From the human T2T-CHM13v2.0 reference genome, Homo sapiens: a stretch of 64,000 nucleotides of DNA. The DNA lies in assembly GCF_009914755.1 (NCBI RefSeq), contig NC_060947.1; one strand, written 5' to 3'. Both the position numbers and the translations under genes were made by a program. Position 1 is the stretch's first letter. Each line of letters begins with the position of its first letter. The notes beneath the pieces were generated by a model, which saw only the letters and a program-made list of their open reading frames with translations, was not told the DNA's origin and ran no database searches. Positions 62,201 through 64,000 of this stretch are shown here, piece by piece.

Positions 62201-63820
62201 AAGACTAAGCAAAACAAACAAGTCTGGAGGAATCACACTACCTGATTTCAAGCTATACTGTAAGACCATAGTCACCAAAACATCATGGTACTGGTATAAA
62301 AATAGACACATAGACCAATGGAACAGAAAAGACAACCCAAAAAATAAAGCCAGATACTTACAGCCAACTGTTCTTCAACAAAGCAAACAAAAACATAAAG
62401 TGGGGAAAGGACAAATGGTGCTGGAATAATTGGCTAGCCACATGTAGGAGAATGAAACTGGATGCTCATCTCTCACCTTATACAAAAATTAACTCAAGAT
62501 GGATTAAGGACTTAAATCTAAGACCTGAAACTATACAAATTCTAGAGCATAACATTGGAAAACCCCTTCTAAACACTGGCTTAAGGCAAGAATTTCATGA
62601 CCAAGAACCCAAAAGCAAATGCAATAAAAACAAACATAAATAGCTGGGACCTAATTAAACTAAAGAGCTTTTTCATGGCAAAAGGAACAGTCAGCAGAGT
62701 AAACAGACAACCCACAGAGTGGGAGAAAGTCTTTAAAATCTATACATCTCACAAAGGACTAATATCCAGCATCAATAAACTCAAACAAATCAGCAAGAAA
62801 AAAAGCAAATAATACCATTCAAAAAGTGTGCTAAGGATATGAATAAACAATTATCAAAAGAAGATACATAAATGACCAACAAACATACGAAAAAAATGCT
62901 CAAAATCACTAATGATCAGGGAAATGCAAAATCAAAAACACAATGCAATATCACCTTACTCTTGTCAGAATGTACATAATCAAAAAATCAAAAAACAGTA
63001 GATGTTGGCATGGATGTGGTGATCAGGGAACACTTCTACACTGCTGGTGAGAATGTAAACTAGTATAACCACTATGGAAAGCAGTGTGGAGATTCCTTAA
63101 AGAACTAAAAATAGAACTACCATTTGATCCAGCAATCCCATTACTGGGTATCTACCCAGAGAAAAAAAAGTCATTATACGAAAAAGATACTTGCACACGC
63201 AGGTCTATAGCAGCACAATTTGCAATTGCAAAATCATGGAACCAATCCAATTGCCCATCAATCAATGAGTGGATAAAGCCTGTGTGTGTGTGTATATATA
63301 TATATATATTCTATATATATCTCATATATCTATCATAATTATCATATATATCACATATACATATCTCATATATGTGATACATATCATATATTAATATGCC
63401 ATATATATCATATATTGTATGTGTAACATATATATGATATGATACATATATAATGGAATACTGCTCAGCCATAAAAAGGAATCAATTAAAGGCATTTGCA
63501 GTGACCTGGATGAAATTGGAGACTATCATTCTAAAGGAAGTAATTCAGGAATGGAAAAACCAAACATCATATGTTCTCACTGATATATGGGAGCTAAGCT
63601 ATGAGGACACAAAGGCATAAGAATAATAAAATGGACTTTGGGGATTTAGAGGAAAGGGTGGGAGGGGGGCGAGGGATAGAAGACTACAAATAGGATGCAG
63701 TGTATACTGCTCGGGTGATGGCTGCACCAAAATCTCACATATCACTGCTAAAGAACTTACTCATGTAACCAAACACCACCTGTACCCCAATAACCTATGG
63801 AAAGATAAAAAATAAATTTT
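59208..63820 (+). mobile_element. L1PB-like element with 5' inversion (inverted 59208-59777), interrupted by THE1
   Basis: Minus-strand RT piece ([18 protein letters not shown]); forward from 59778; 3' end ccacctgtaccccaataacctatggaaa plus A-rich tail; internal TG/TA tract at ~63281-63451. Confidence 0.85.
59853..61966 (-). mobile_element. THE1C-like MaLR provirus (5' LTR 61612-61966, internal region, deleted 3' LTR 59853-60059)
   Basis: Two LTRs tgtattagt...ccatatca; internal region starts gtaaattggtaccagtagagtgggg on the minus strand; TSD acaag/aaaag. Confidence 0.93.
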
Positions 63821-63829
63821 TTAAAAAAT

Positions 63830-64000
63830 TTTAAAGATGGATTAAATGCTTAAATGTAAAACCCAAAACTATAAAAACCCCAGAAGGCAATACCATTCAG
63901 GACATAGACACAAGCAAAGATTTCATGACAAAGATGCCAAAAGCAATGGCAACAAAAGCAAAAACTGACAAATGGGATCTAATTAAACTAAAGAGCTCCT
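63830..64000 (+). mobile_element. Resumption of the host L1 ORF2 broken at 59207
   Basis: gatggattaaatgcttaaatgtaaaacccaaaactataaaaa follows aaattgaatcccatcct in ORF2 order. Confidence 0.8.

Overview
Repeat-dense, apparently intergenic primate DNA. AluY, L1PA2 and L1PA3 diagnostics point to a human or other ape genome. I see no intact protein-coding gene. Nearly all long ORFs in the track come from LINE-1, Alu, MaLR/ERV or microsatellite sequence. The only host-gene-derived sequence I recognise is an old, frameshifted, intronless SRSF2 retrocopy (~10.5-12.7 kb) whose coding part has kept many CpGs. Other points of interest: (1) an ~850-bp poly(A)-tailed, TSD-flanked insertion of non-L1/non-Alu RNA at 49.9-50.7 kb; (2) a near-full-length L1PA3 fused to an older 5'-inverted L1, with no TSD, suggesting a large deletion at ~43.8 kb; (3) an 88-nt hairpin built around a TA microsatellite; (4) a three-level L1>L1>THE1 nest. 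I cannot support a new biological system here. Repeat subfamily names and SRSF2 comparisons come from remembered consensus sequences, not from a search, and boundaries of old repeats are approximate.
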